A stretch of 24,154 nucleotides of DNA. It comes from a virus (taxonomy: Duplodnaviria; Caudoviricetes). The notes beneath the pieces are model-generated. The model was not told the DNA's origin. It ran no database searches and worked only from the letters and a program-made list of their open reading frames with translations. The position numbers and the translations under genes are program-made. The stretch spans positions 1-24,154 of the IMG/VR virus record IMGVR_UViG_3300030397_000026; one strand, given 5' to 3'. This document shows, piece after piece, positions 24,139 through 24,154 of the stretch (the stretch's first letter is position 1; every line of letters starts with the position of its first letter).

Positions 24139-24154
24139 GATCGTGACTGGGAAA
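24139..24154 (-). other. Random-amplification (Round A/B) primer remnant, artefact
   Basis: GATCGTGACTGGGAAA at the very end is the reverse complement of 16 of the 17 nt of GTTTCCCAGTCACGATC. Confidence 0.85.

Noticed and set aside
1-24154. tRNA, rRNA, integrase/att site or alternative genetic code
   Set aside because: No cloverleaf or att-like signal seen, intergenic space is minimal, and long genes are intact in code 11 using all three stop codons.

Overview
A 24 kb segment of a tailed dsDNA phage. Head and tail genes are P22-like podovirus type, and the early/late control layout is lambdoid. Every supported gene lies on the minus strand, with most genes abutting or overlapping. In transcription order (right to left): tR1-like terminator; CII-like regulator; replication initiator with an internal iteron origin; P-like loader; nin-like region (DUF3310, HTH proteins, NinG); Q-like antiterminator with a pR'/tR'-like promoter and terminator. 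The late operon then has no recognisable lysis cassette in the usual place. It carries a lipoprotein, a signal-peptide beta-helix protein and a putative modular fibre locus, followed by terS, terL, portal, scaffold and major capsid protein. A TPR-glycosyltransferase / methyltransferase / GT8-like cassette sits between capsid and head-tail adaptor, followed by a tail nozzle split into three genes, a GNAT-like protein and a truncated ejection protein. The best novelty candidates are (1) a probable virion glycosylation system and (2) two paralogous proteins with 11 x 22-aa repeats in identical register, plus small partner proteins, suggesting a modular fibre. The last 16 nt match a random-amplification primer and are not genomic. 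Family assignments come from motif recognition only; no searches were run.
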